DNA of 64,000 nucleotides from Methanomassiliicoccales archaeon (GTDB lineage Archaea; Thermoplasmatota; Thermoplasmata; Methanomassiliicoccales; UBA472), in NCBI GenBank assembly GCA_038740345.1, contig JAVYMA010000003.1:1470-65469 (forward strand), given 5' to 3'. A model generated the notes under the pieces. The model searched no databases. It saw nothing but the letters and a program-made list of their open reading frames with translations, and was not told the origin of the DNA. Made by a program: the position numbers and the translations under genes. Shown in pieces: positions 18,859 to 29,016 of this stretch; the first letter of the stretch is position 1, and the number at the start of each line of letters is the position of its first letter.

Positions 18859-19061
18859 CTCTCCAGGCCTCTAGAACTGATGTCGGGCGTGAATGACAGG
18901 CTTATTATAAACACTTTCCTAATGAGGTTGTTGACGTTTTCTCACTAAGAGAGGTTCTGTGCGCATACGGTATCATAATGTCATCATAATCGCACCAAAT
19001 ACTGCAAAATCTTAAATGGTTAACTCTTGAATCGACATTGTGCATCACATTAACCCTAGTT

Positions 19062-19523
19062 CTACTCGAAGGTTGGCATGAATTGAAAAGGATCTTTTAT
19101 CATGTTTAAAACAACGTAAGTGTTGGTTTTCTTTACTCCCTTTATCTGCAGCATGGATTTGATGACTGCGCTGAACTCCTCGCGATTCTTGCAAGCCACC
19201 CACGCAATAGAATCGCATTCCCCAGTAACATCGAAAACAGCCACCACATCCTTGAGCGATTTTATTCTTTGCTGAATATCCAAGAGGTCGCCTTCCACAT
19301 ATATATGAACGATAGCCATGAATTCGTACCCCAGTTTTAAATAATCCACATGGGCACGATAGCCATGAATTATTCCTGATTCCTCCAGGCTCTTTACTCT
19401 CTGGATTAAAGTCGTGGGATGAATATTAAGGCGCTTGGCTATTTGCCTGTAGGAGCCTTGGCTCGAGGTGCATAATTCCTTGATTATGCGCTTGTCTAAT
19501 TCGTCAAGGTCTTTACTGGACAT
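19062..19523 (-). CDS. Lrp/AsnC-family transcriptional regulator
   Basis: N-terminal HTH LDELDKRIIKEL....SYRQIAKRLNIHPTTLIQRVKSLEESGII plus a C-terminal RAM-like domain. Confidence 0.8.
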   Translation of the reverse strand: MSSKDLDELDKRIIKELCTSSQGSYRQIAKRLNIHPTTLIQRVKSLEESGIIHGYRAHVDYLKLGYEFMAIVHIYVEGDLLDIQQRIKSLKDVVAVFDVTGECDSIAWVACKNREEFSAVIKSMLQIKGVKKTNTYVVLNMIKDPFQFMPTFE

Positions 19524-19688
19524 CGCAATACTCTTCCTTTTGGCTGCGCCTGAGAATGCCGCTATGTATATTTGTCTGTTTTCCTAAAGTACTCTCGTTA
19601 CATTTGTCGATTTTATGGTCCTTCTATTAAAAATTCAGTCAGTGAGAAATCAATCTATTCTTAGGACATTTTTAAGAATCGAATACAT

Positions 19689-20909
19689 ATGAGCATCGAT
19701 ATGACACGTCTGCTCTATGAAGTGGATCCATATTTGAAAACTTTCGATGCCATAGTTACAACTGTTCGGGGAGAATGGTTATCCTTGGACAGGACTGCTT
19801 TCTTCCCAGGAGGAGGAGGCCAGGATGCTGATACAGGATGGTTGGCTGGCCTTGAGGTAAAATCTGTGAAGATGGAAGGAGGAGAGGTCTTTCATCATGT
19901 TCCTGGACATGCATTAAGGCCGGGGGCTAGGGTGGATTGCCAAATAGATTGGGAGCGTAGGCTTGATTTGATGAGGGGACACACTGGTGAACATCTTCTC
20001 TACTCCATTTTGAGCAAGATTCATCCTGAGATCGAATTGGTGAAGATATCCATAACACCATCTAAAAAAAGTCTCATAGTCAAGGGAGACCTTAGCTGGC
20101 CGTTATTGTCAATGGCACAATCGGAAGCAAATGAGGCGATTGCTTCTCAACTTCCCGTTAGTGAGGTCTGGACTTCCAAAGATTCAGACCTATTGAAGCA
20201 GGTGCGCATTAAGGCTGATAAAATACATGGTGATAGAGTCAGGATAGTCAAGATAGGAGAAATCGATAAGGCAGCATGCGCAGGAATACATGTCCAGAAT
20301 ACCAGAGAGATAAAGATGATTGTCATCACAAGGCTGGTCTCGGCTAGACCCATGGGAGATTATGAAATACAATTCGAGGTGGGTCGAAAAGCGATAGATA
20401 CAGCCCTTCGTCTTTCCTCTCTTGCTCTTCAGGCTTCTGAAGCTGCGGGTTCTCGACCAGATGATCTGATCAATGCTATAGCCAATCTCAAGAATGATGT
20501 GAGCGTAAAAAGTGCGCTGCTAAAAACCTATGCGAAAGCGGCCCTGGCTAATTTGATGCCTGAAAAGATAGAAGGTGCCCGAGTCTATTCCGGCGTATTC
20601 GAAGGTCTAGATAAGAAAACGCTAATAGATACGGTAAACAAGATCACAAATGAAGAACGAACAGCAGCCATTTTAGCCGCTTTGGACGATAAGTTGATGC
20701 TTATCGTGGCAACTAGCAATGACTTGGAGGTGGACAGCAGAAAGATTCTTGCAGAGGCCTTGGAACCTTTAGGTGGAAAAGGGGGAGGTAAGATGCATTT
20801 CGCCTCCGGTGGGGCTTCGGATCCAAGCAAGGGAACAATTGCAGTGAGGATGGCCAAAGAGGCGCTTAAAAAGGCTTTGAGCGAAGGAGATGGAAATAGC
20901 CATGATTAG
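19689..20909 (+). CDS. alaX: alanyl-tRNA editing protein AlaX (long form)
   Basis: HTGEHLL and CAGIHV zinc/editing motifs and a C-terminal GGKGGGK DHHA1-like region. Confidence 0.8.
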   Translation: MSIDMTRLLYEVDPYLKTFDAIVTTVRGEWLSLDRTAFFPGGGGQDADTGWLAGLEVKSVKMEGGEVFHHVPGHALRPGARVDCQIDWERRLDLMRGHTGEHLLYSILSKIHPEIELVKISITPSKKSLIVKGDLSWPLLSMAQSEANEAIASQLPVSEVWTSKDSDLLKQVRIKADKIHGDRVRIVKIGEIDKAACAGIHVQNTREIKMIVITRLVSARPMGDYEIQFEVGRKAIDTALRLSSLALQASEAAGSRPDDLINAIANLKNDVSVKSALLKTYAKAALANLMPEKIEGARVYSGVFEGLDKKTLIDTVNKITNEERTAAILAALDDKLMLIVATSNDLEVDSRKILAEALEPLGGKGGGKMHFASGGASDPSKGTIAVRMAKEALKKALSEGDGNSHD

Positions 20910-21000
20910 CGATTTTACCTTTCAAAATGATAAAATGTCTAATCATCTGCCTTAAGACTCGACAGAAAGATATTTGTTCTAGCGATTTATAGCCATCCTT

Positions 21001-22353
21001 ATGTCTCCAACGAGAACCATGAGTGAAGCCAAGGATGCAATTCTCAAAAAGGTAAAGGATGAAGATGTGCGTTTCATTGAAATGCAATTCTCAGACATTC
21101 TCGGCGTGGTAAAGAGCGTGTCCATACCCGTAACCAAGCTGGAACGCGCTATGGATGAGGGCGTGTTCATAGATGGATCCTCCATTCTGGGGTATGCCAC
21201 GATAGAAGAGAGCGATATGCGCGCACAACCCATCCTTGAAACTTTCCAAATCTATCCCTGGACTTCCGATTCTCCGATGAAAACAGCGCGCTTCATGTGT
21301 AATATATATGATCATAGTGGTAACCGTTTCAAAGGTGACCCGAGATGGGTCCTAGAAAAAATGATAGACAAGGCCAAAGAAAAAGGTTGGACGTTTAACG
21401 TCGGCCCAGAATTCGAGTTCTTTCTTTTGAATATGGATGATAGGGGCAGTCCCATATTAGAGCCCGCCGATTCTGGTGGATATTTCGATCTGATGCCCTT
21501 GGACATCGGAGAGATGGTCCGGAAAGATATTGTACTGGCCTTCGACGCAATGCATTTTGACATGGAAGCTTCCCACCATGAGGTCGCACCTGGCCAATTA
21601 GAGGTGGATTTGCGCTATCAGAATGCGCTCACCATGGCGGACCGTATGATGACTCTAAAGTTCGGGGTGAAGACTATCGCGGCCAAATATGGGCTATACG
21701 CCACCTTCATGCCTAAACCGATTTTTGGGGTGAATGGATCCGGAATGCACGTTCACCAGAGTTTGGCCACGGTTGATGGGCGTAACGCCTTCGATGACCC
21801 TGATGGAAAATATGGACTCTCTGATGTGGCCATGAGATATCTTGGCGGTTTATTGCATCATTCCAAGGAAATTTGTGCCATCTTAGCATCATATGTCAAT
21901 TCTTACAAGCGCCTAGTACCTGGATACGAGGCACCTTGCTATATATCTTGGGCGAATATGAACCGTTCAGCTTTGATAAGGGTCCCTGCTGGCAGAGGAG
22001 GAAGGACCAGAATAGAACTTCGTAATCCAGATCCAGCTGGGAATCCTTACCTGCAATTTGCCGCAATGCTCGCCGCCGGTCTAGATGGGATCGAAAAGAA
22101 GATATATCCTCCGGAACCAGTGGAAAAGGACATATATCATATGAGTAAGGAAGAGAGGAAACGCCTGGGTATCGAATCGCTTCCCGAGTCTCTGGGTCAA
22201 GCACTGGAAATATTCTCTGGCAGCAAGCTCATGAAAGAAGTCTTGGGGGACCATATCTTCTCGCATTTCCTACATATAAAGGGGAAAGAGTGGGATGATT
22301 ATCGAACCTGGGTAACGGACTGGGAGCACAAGAAATACCTAAGAGTTCTCTAA
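21001..22353 (+). CDS. glnA: glutamine synthetase type I
   Basis: 450 aa with the MPKPIFGVNGSGMHVHQS and NRSALIR(V)P motifs. Confidence 0.92.
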   Translation: MSPTRTMSEAKDAILKKVKDEDVRFIEMQFSDILGVVKSVSIPVTKLERAMDEGVFIDGSSILGYATIEESDMRAQPILETFQIYPWTSDSPMKTARFMCNIYDHSGNRFKGDPRWVLEKMIDKAKEKGWTFNVGPEFEFFLLNMDDRGSPILEPADSGGYFDLMPLDIGEMVRKDIVLAFDAMHFDMEASHHEVAPGQLEVDLRYQNALTMADRMMTLKFGVKTIAAKYGLYATFMPKPIFGVNGSGMHVHQSLATVDGRNAFDDPDGKYGLSDVAMRYLGGLLHHSKEICAILASYVNSYKRLVPGYEAPCYISWANMNRSALIRVPAGRGGRTRIELRNPDPAGNPYLQFAAMLAAGLDGIEKKIYPPEPVEKDIYHMSKEERKRLGIESLPESLGQALEIFSGSKLMKEVLGDHIFSHFLHIKGKEWDDYRTWVTDWEHKKYLRVL

Positions 22354-22372
22354 ACATCGTCGAACCCGCCTA

Positions 22373-22399
22373 TTTCTTTTTTATTCTTTTCTAATTTTT
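22373..22399 (+). terminator. oligo-T tract downstream of glnA (archaeal-type terminator candidate)
   Basis: tttcttttttattcttttctaattttt begins about 20 nt after the glnA stop. Confidence 0.35.
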
Positions 22400-22440
22400 A
22401 CAAAGTTTTATGATAGACTTCTGAGTTCGTCATTGTCTGT

Positions 22441-22821
22441 ATGATTCCAGGGATGAGGGGTGTGAACCCGCGCCAGGTCAAGCAAGCCATGAAGCGTATG
22501 GGCATTGAAACCGAGGAGTTGAAAGGAGTCACAGAGGTCATCATCCGTACCAAAGATGCGGAATATCGCATTCAAAATGCTGAGGTCACCATCATGAAGG
22601 TTCAGGGACAAAAAACCTTCCAGATAATCGGCGAGGAGAAGATGACTCCTCTCACCCAAAAACAGGAGACCAAGAGCGATGATAAGCAGAAGGTAGACAT
22701 TCCTGAAGAAGATATCGAGTTGGTGATGTCACAAACTGGTGCATCAAGAGAGAAAGCTATCGCAGCCCTTAAAGCATGTGATGGACAGCCAGCGGAGGCC
22801 ATAATTAAGCTTCTTTCCTGA
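22441..22821 (+). CDS. nac: nascent polypeptide-associated complex protein (NAC + UBA)
   Basis: NPRQVKQAMKRMGI...IQNAEVTIMKVQGQKTFQI NAC domain and a C-terminal UBA-like EKAIAALKACDGQPAEAI. Confidence 0.88.
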   Translation: MIPGMRGVNPRQVKQAMKRMGIETEELKGVTEVIIRTKDAEYRIQNAEVTIMKVQGQKTFQIIGEEKMTPLTQKQETKSDDKQKVDIPEEDIELVMSQTGASREKAIAALKACDGQPAEAIIKLLS

Positions 22822-22833
22822 GGTGGAAATCAC

Positions 22834-23064
22834 ATGTGCTTAGCAGTTCCAGGTAAAGTTGTGTCAATAAATGGCCAAAATGCGAGTGTTGATTTTGGAG
22901 GCGTGATAAGAGAGGCGAACATATCTTTGGTGGACACAAAAGTAGGAGATTATGTAGTAGTTCATGCTGGATTCGCTATTCAAGTAGTAGATGAAGAAGA
23001 AGCTCTAGAGACCCTAAAGCTATGGGAAGAGCTCATAGCCTCTCAAGAGGAATCCAACCAATAA
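22834..23064 (+). CDS. hypC: HypC/HybG-family hydrogenase maturation chaperone
   Basis: MCLAVPGKVVSI N-terminus, with the essential Cys2, in a 76-aa protein. Confidence 0.8.
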   Translation: MCLAVPGKVVSINGQNASVDFGGVIREANISLVDTKVGDYVVVHAGFAIQVVDEEEALETLKLWEELIASQEESNQ

Positions 23065-23213
23065 ACGACCGCCGGAGATAGATTTTGTTAAGAATAAAAA
23101 ATAAATTAATTATTATTATTTAAATGAATAAAAATATCATGCGATGCACTATGATGCGGCATCTGAAATAGTGATAAAAAAAAGTGATGAATTCTAAAGA
23201 AAAAATTAAAAAG

Positions 23214-24113
23214 TTAGAGCTTGCAAAGCTTCAATAATTCCTCCCATTTGCGATCCACATTCTGCTGTATCTCCTCAGCTATGAAGCTCCATTTCTCTTT
23301 AGCGAGGTGGGAGAAGCGCCCTTGAGACTTCAGCCATTCAGAAACTGGTAGCTTAGGTTTCGAGCCTTCGGCGATTCGCAGGGATTCACCCGTCAGCCTC
23401 CATGTTCCCTTTTCAAATTCATAAAGGGGCCATATGCATGTCTCAACCGCTAATTTTGCCATGTCAATGGTCTTAGAGGAGTCATGCCTCCACCCTCTGG
23501 GACAAGGCGATATCACATTCAAAAAGGCTGGTCCGTTGGCCTCGAAACCTTTCGCCGCCTTCTCTATGAGGTCCTTATAATTATGAGGTGATGCCTGCGC
23601 TGCATAAGGTAGATCATGCGCGATAATGATCTTTGTCAGATCCTTGGGGAACTCCTTCTTGCCGGGAATGCAAGTCCCTGCCGGGCAAGTCGTGGTCTGA
23701 GCCCCTTTGCTTGTCGCTCCTGAACGCTGAATCCCCGTATTCATATAGGCCTCATTATTGAGACAGACATACAAGAAACGATGTCCTCGCTCTATAGCTC
23801 CAGAGAGTGCCTGAAAGCCAATATCATAAGTCGCTCCATCTCCTCCGAAGCTAACGAACCTTATGTCCTCTGTCACTTTTCCTCTTCTTTTTAAGGCTAA
23901 ATATGCCGCCTCTACCCCAGAAATAGTTGATGCGGCGTTTTCGAAAGCGCTATGTATCCAAGGCACGTTCCAAGAGGTAAATGGATATATGCTAGAGGAG
24001 ACTTCGAAGCAGCCAGTTGCATTCGACACCACAACCGGCTTCTCAGTGGCCATAAGGACTTGCCGAGCTATGATCGGTTCAGCGCATCCGGCACATAGCC
24101 TGTGACCCTCCAC
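23214..24113 (-). CDS. porB: pyruvate:ferredoxin oxidoreductase beta subunit (TPP-binding)
   Basis: GHRLCAGCAE, GGDGATYDIG, PCPRGW motifs. The called GTG start leaves only 2 residues before the GH. The frame is open back to a CTG at 24164 that overlaps the porA stop (see findings). Confidence 0.88.
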   Translation of the reverse strand: MEGHRLCAGCAEPIIARQVLMATEKPVVVSNATGCFEVSSSIYPFTSWNVPWIHSAFENAASTISGVEAAYLALKRRGKVTEDIRFVSFGGDGATYDIGFQALSGAIERGHRFLYVCLNNEAYMNTGIQRSGATSKGAQTTTCPAGTCIPGKKEFPKDLTKIIIAHDLPYAAQASPHNYKDLIEKAAKGFEANGPAFLNVISPCPRGWRHDSSKTIDMAKLAVETCIWPLYEFEKGTWRLTGESLRIAEGSKPKLPVSEWLKSQGRFSHLAKEKWSFIAEEIQQNVDRKWEELLKLCKL

Positions 24114-24160
24114 ATATCGGTCCTCCCTTCCAGAGAGAACTTTTAGATTGGTGGTTATGG

Positions 24161-25321
24161 TCAGATTCTCACCCCCAAGAAGTTGACGGTTTCGCCCTCA
24201 TCGTATATGAGCTGCTTATAAACGTGCTTGATCTCCTCTGGCCTGATATCCCTCCCTCCTAGACCATATATGTAATTCTTCACATTTGGCCGCTCTTTCC
24301 TTTCATATAATGCACTTCTAACTTCTGGGAAAAGCGGACCCGTGGCGCCCATACTAATTGCCCTATCCATCACTCCAACTCCCTTAAGGCCTTCCAAGAT
24401 GTCCGCTAGCTCTTTCGAGGGGAAAGGTCTGAATAATCTCAGTTTAATGCTTCCTACCTTCTTCCCTTCAGAGCGCAGCTCATCCACAATTTCCTTGAGG
24501 GTTCCTGCGGTCGATCCCATCGCTATCACGGCATAATCTGCGTCTTCCATGCGATAAGGTTCGATTATGTCGTACTTTCGACCGGAAATCTTAGCATACT
24601 CCTCTTGCACTTGTTTTACTATCGGTATGACATGGCGCATGGCATCTACTTGCTGATACTTGTGTTCAAAATAATAATCAGTCCAATCAAAGGGGCCAAA
24701 GGTTGTGGGATTCTTCACATCCAGCAAAGATCTCTTGTATCTGAATTCACCTACGAATTTCTTCACTTCATCATCGAGAATAGGCTCAAATCTTTCCAGA
24801 GAGTGCGTGATTATGAAGCCATCTAAGCATGTCATGGTTGGAAGCCGAATATCCATATGCTCCGCTATCCTGAACGCCATAATGGCATTGTCATAGGCTT
24901 CTTGCACATTCTCCCCGAATATCTGTATCCACCCCGAATCCCTCGCGCCCATGGCATCACTGTGATCACAGTGAATATTAATTGGGCCAGATAGTGCTCG
25001 ATTTGCCACTGCCATGATTATAGGTAATCTCATCCCAGAAGCAATGTAGAGCATTTCCCACATGAAAGCTAAGCCTGCAGAAGCGGTTGCCGTCGCAGTT
25101 CTCGCCCCCGCCGCTGATGCTCCAATGCACATGGACATGGCGCTGTGCTCCGATTCAGCGCATACATACTCAGTGTCCACAAGACCATCCGCTACGTATT
25201 CGGAGAAGGCCTCAACGATAATAGTCTGCGGGGTTATGGGATACGCGGCCACAACATCTGGATTTATTTGCTTCCAAGCCAGGGCAATAGCTTGGTCTCC
25301 ATTCATAGCTACCCTTTCCAT
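24161..25321 (-). CDS. porA: pyruvate:ferredoxin oxidoreductase alpha subunit
   Basis: MNGDQAIALAW...YPITPQT motifs. I place the start at ATG 25321-25319 (MERVAMNG), which overlaps the porD stop by 1 nt. The ORF-track start at 25351 lies inside porD. Confidence 0.88.
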   Translation of the reverse strand: MERVAMNGDQAIALAWKQINPDVVAAYPITPQTIIVEAFSEYVADGLVDTEYVCAESEHSAMSMCIGASAAGARTATATASAGLAFMWEMLYIASGMRLPIIMAVANRALSGPINIHCDHSDAMGARDSGWIQIFGENVQEAYDNAIMAFRIAEHMDIRLPTMTCLDGFIITHSLERFEPILDDEVKKFVGEFRYKRSLLDVKNPTTFGPFDWTDYYFEHKYQQVDAMRHVIPIVKQVQEEYAKISGRKYDIIEPYRMEDADYAVIAMGSTAGTLKEIVDELRSEGKKVGSIKLRLFRPFPSKELADILEGLKGVGVMDRAISMGATGPLFPEVRSALYERKERPNVKNYIYGLGGRDIRPEEIKHVYKQLIYDEGETVNFLGVRI

Positions 25322-25602
25322 CAGACTCCCTCCTCTACCATTTTTATACACTTAACTGGGCATTGATTGGCACAGATCCCGCAACCCTTGCAATGAGTGA
25401 GCTTAAAGCCGACTCTCTTCCCATCCTTTACTATAACACTGTTATCTGGACAATATATCCAACACAATAAACAATTAGTGCATTTGCTCTCGTCGCATAC
25501 CGGCCTCTTGGACCTCCAATCGCCAGTTAGATATTTTCTAGAAGATCCAGCCTCTAGGATCATTCCCCCTTCCGGCAGTTCTCCTGCCTTCTCTCCAGCC
25601 AA
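25321..25602 (-). CDS. porD: pyruvate:ferredoxin oxidoreductase delta subunit (2x[4Fe-4S])
   Basis: CTNCLLCWIYCP and CKGCGICANQCP motifs in 93 aa. Confidence 0.88.
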   Translation of the reverse strand: MAGEKAGELPEGGMILEAGSSRKYLTGDWRSKRPVCDESKCTNCLLCWIYCPDNSVIVKDGKRVGFKLTHCKGCGICANQCPVKCIKMVEEGV

Positions 25603-26175
25603 TCACTGCACCTCCTCGTAAGCGCGCACCACGGCTCTGATGTTCTTGTTGATTATCTCCTGATTGAATTTGCCAGCAAATTTTGCAGCCAATTCTGCAG
25701 TCACTGTGTTGATGTTAACCAGTTTAGAAACCTTCACCAGAGCGCCTAACATAGCAGTGTTGGCCATGGGCCTTCCTATCTCCTCCATGGAGATTTTATT
25801 GGCGTTCACGATGTGCAGGTCATAGTTGCCAAATATCGCTTTTAACTTCTCTTTGGAATCAGGATAATTTGCAATCACGGTGCTCTTCTCGCTGAGTCCT
25901 TCCTTAATAGATGGGGATGATAAGAGTGTGTGGTCCAGCACAACCACATAATTTGGATAATATACCTGACTGTGAACTTTAATAGGTTTGTCCGAGATAC
26001 GCGCGAAAGCGCGGATAGGTGCACCCATCCTTTCTGGACCGAACTCAGGGAATGCTTTTATGTATTTTCCCTCCCTGAGAGCTGCGCCAGCAAGAATCTC
26101 GTTCGCAGTCACGACACCTTGCCCACCTCTACCATGCCATCTAATCTCGATCGTACTCACGTGAAACCCTCTCAC
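25603..26175 (-). CDS. porG: pyruvate:ferredoxin oxidoreductase gamma subunit
   Basis: IRWHGRGGQGVVTA motif. First gene of the porGDAB order. Confidence 0.88.
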   Translation of the reverse strand: MRGFHVSTIEIRWHGRGGQGVVTANEILAGAALREGKYIKAFPEFGPERMGAPIRAFARISDKPIKVHSQVYYPNYVVVLDHTLLSSPSIKEGLSEKSTVIANYPDSKEKLKAIFGNYDLHIVNANKISMEEIGRPMANTAMLGALVKVSKLVNINTVTAELAAKFAGKFNQEIINKNIRAVVRAYEEVQ

Positions 26176-26664
26176 GTATGCCTTCCCTGAATTTAATCTT
26201 ATTATTTAACCATATCATTGATTCCTTACGAAAGACATAGGACAGCTACGATTCATCGAAATTCATTTAAAAAACTACGATTCTCAAACATTATTTCTAT
26301 GCCGAAAAAAATAGTTAAACAATGAAATGAAGTAGATAATTATTCTAATATTTTACGAAACTATATTCAAATATTCAGCTTTCCCTTTTGCGATTTTAAC
26401 ATTGCTCTAAATTTCATTAAAAAAAATAATCATAGAACGCGCATAATTTAAGTCCTATAGACCTATTATGGCCCTTTCATTAACAAATCTGGATGAAAAA
26501 CATGATTTCAATTTTCCGCATAATTTTATGCGCTGCATTTTTCTTTAATTTTCCCATAAAGTTAATAGCAATGAGTTTATTCAACCAATAGGTCATGATG
26601 TTTAAGGATTGCAAAAGCTTGCGATTCTTATGGCCAAACCCCTTCGGAACACAAGGGTGAGCCG

Positions 26665-28968
26665 ATGAAGAGAATAATGAAAATCTCAGAATTGGGAGCG
26701 AGTGATATAAACGTGGCCGGGGGGAAGGCCGCGAACCTGGGGGAGTTGACCTCTGCTGGATTTAACGTCCCTGAAGGGTTCGTTCTGACCACTGCGGCCT
26801 ATGATTACTTCCTAAATAAAAATGAACTGACAAGTAAAATTGAGAATACATTGAGAAGCGTAGATGTCACCTCAGAAAATTCGCTCCAGGAATGCTCTCA
26901 AAAGATAAGGAAGATGTTCGATGATGCGACAATCCCTAATGACCTTAGGGATGAAATACTAAGGGAATTTCATTCATTATTCGAAGGTGAGAAAAGAACT
27001 GGCCTTGTTGCAGTAAGATCGAGCGCCACCGCCGAAGATTTGCCGACCGCTTCTTTCGCTGGTCAACAGGATACCTTCCTGAATGTCTCAGAACCTGAGG
27101 ATTTGATAGATAAAGTGAAGAAATGCTGGTCATCCCTTTTCACGCCCCGTGCCATCTCTTACCGTAGCAGTAAAGGTTTCGACCACAACAAGGTAAAGCT
27201 GGCTGTGGTTGTGCAAAAAATGGTAAATTCGGATGTCGCAGGGATCATGTTCACCGTGGACCCCAATTCTGAACTCCCCCACATCATAATTGAAGCCGGC
27301 TATGGTCTAGGAGAGTCCATAGTAGGCGGTAAGGTTACTCCAGATACGTATGTGGTGGACAAGTTCCACACCAAGATAATCAACAAGAGAGTGGCCAGGC
27401 AGACTTGGAAGCTGGTACGAGGAAAGACCGGAGATACCATTAGAGAAGAGATACCACCAGACCTGATGGAAAAGCAAAAATTGACCGATGAGCAGATTTT
27501 GGAGATAGCTGACATAGGCAATCAAATAGAATTACATTACAACAAGCCTATGGATGTCGAATGGTGCTTGGAAAATGGGAAGTTTTATATCGTACAAGCA
27601 AGACCTGTAACGACTTTGAGTAGCAACGGCGGGAAAAAGACAAACGAGAAAGGTAAGGATCAAAAAGAGGGTAAAATCCTTCTAAAAGGTTTGGCTGCTA
27701 GTCCTGGCATAGCTTCAGGTCCGGTTCGCATCTACGTTGAAGGAGAGAGCCTTGATGTAGTGAAGAAAGGTGATATCCTGGTTACAGTGATGACCTCGCC
27801 CGACATGGTCCCCGCCATGACGCGTGCTGCAGCGATAATTACGGATGAGGGGGGTATGACCTGTCATGCTGCCATTGTGGCTAGAGAACTTGGTACCCCA
27901 TGCATAGTGGGCTCCAAAGAGGCCACAAAGCTGCTAAAGGATGGAATGGTGGTAACTGTTGATGGGACAAGGGGCGTGGTAATCGAGGGCGCGGAGGAGA
28001 AAAAGGAGGAGGAAAAGGCTGCGGCACCCGTGGCCATGAGCGTCCCGGTCACGGCGACTAAGATTATGGTCAACGTTGCCATCCCTCACAAAGCGGATGA
28101 GTATTCCAAGCTGCCAGTGTCTGGTGTCGGACTAATGCGTATAGAATTCTTATTCACTTCGTACATAGGAGAACACCCCTCACATATGGTAGAACATGGT
28201 AGGCAGAAGGAGTTGATAGATAAGCTGGCAGAGGGTATTGGAATCGTTGGCAAGGCCTTCTTCCCTCGTCCCATCATCCTAAGGCTTAGTGATTTTAAAA
28301 CCAACGAGTACAAGGACATGCCAGGCGGAGAGAAATACGAGCCTCCAGAGCAGAATCCGATGATAGGATGGCGCGGTTGTTCACGTTATGTCAGTCCCTC
28401 CTATCGAGAAGCATTCAAATGCGAGCTGCTAGCGGTGAAAAAAGTTCGGGAAGAGATGAATCTGAAGAATGTTTGGGTGATGCTTCCTTTCGTTCGTACG
28501 GTCAGCGAGGTTCAAGAAATCACAAGAATGATGGAGGAGATTGGCCTAAAACGTGGCCCCGACTTCAAGCTTTACCTCATGGCAGAGGTGCCAGTGATAA
28601 TATTCATGGCTGAGGAGTTCGCGGAAGTCTGTGATGGCTTCTCCATTGGCTCCAATGATCTTACCCAACTAATCATGGGTGCGGATAGAGATTCGGACAT
28701 TCTGGCCAAGATGGGATATTTCGATGAGCGCCAAGAAGCTATCAAGCGTGCTATAGCCATTCTGATTGAGAAGGCGCATAAGAAAGGGGTACCAGTGGGA
28801 ATTTGTGGACAGGCACCGAGCGTTTATCCTGAATTCACGGAGTTCCTCGTGCGTTGCGGCATCGATTCCATCTCTTTGAACCCTGATACCGTGGTGAAGA
28901 CTATCGGCATGGTGGCATCGGTGGAACAAAGAATCATATTGGAGTCCTTAAGGAACCTCCAGAAATAA
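26665..28968 (+). CDS. ppsA: phosphoenolpyruvate synthase
   Basis: 767 aa: GGKAANLGEL ATP-grasp N-terminus, phosphohistidine segment GGMTCHAAIVAREL, C-terminal PEP-utilising domain GSNDLTQ. Confidence 0.92.
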   Translation: MKRIMKISELGASDINVAGGKAANLGELTSAGFNVPEGFVLTTAAYDYFLNKNELTSKIENTLRSVDVTSENSLQECSQKIRKMFDDATIPNDLRDEILREFHSLFEGEKRTGLVAVRSSATAEDLPTASFAGQQDTFLNVSEPEDLIDKVKKCWSSLFTPRAISYRSSKGFDHNKVKLAVVVQKMVNSDVAGIMFTVDPNSELPHIIIEAGYGLGESIVGGKVTPDTYVVDKFHTKIINKRVARQTWKLVRGKTGDTIREEIPPDLMEKQKLTDEQILEIADIGNQIELHYNKPMDVEWCLENGKFYIVQARPVTTLSSNGGKKTNEKGKDQKEGKILLKGLAASPGIASGPVRIYVEGESLDVVKKGDILVTVMTSPDMVPAMTRAAAIITDEGGMTCHAAIVARELGTPCIVGSKEATKLLKDGMVVTVDGTRGVVIEGAEEKKEEEKAAAPVAMSVPVTATKIMVNVAIPHKADEYSKLPVSGVGLMRIEFLFTSYIGEHPSHMVEHGRQKELIDKLAEGIGIVGKAFFPRPIILRLSDFKTNEYKDMPGGEKYEPPEQNPMIGWRGCSRYVSPSYREAFKCELLAVKKVREEMNLKNVWVMLPFVRTVSEVQEITRMMEEIGLKRGPDFKLYLMAEVPVIIFMAEEFAEVCDGFSIGSNDLTQLIMGADRDSDILAKMGYFDERQEAIKRAIAILIEKAHKKGVPVGICGQAPSVYPEFTEFLVRCGIDSISLNPDTVVKTIGMVASVEQRIILESLRNLQK

Positions 28969-29016
28969 GCGAATAGGGATGACTGGAGAAAAATGGAAGA
29001 AAAGAGGATAAAAAAG

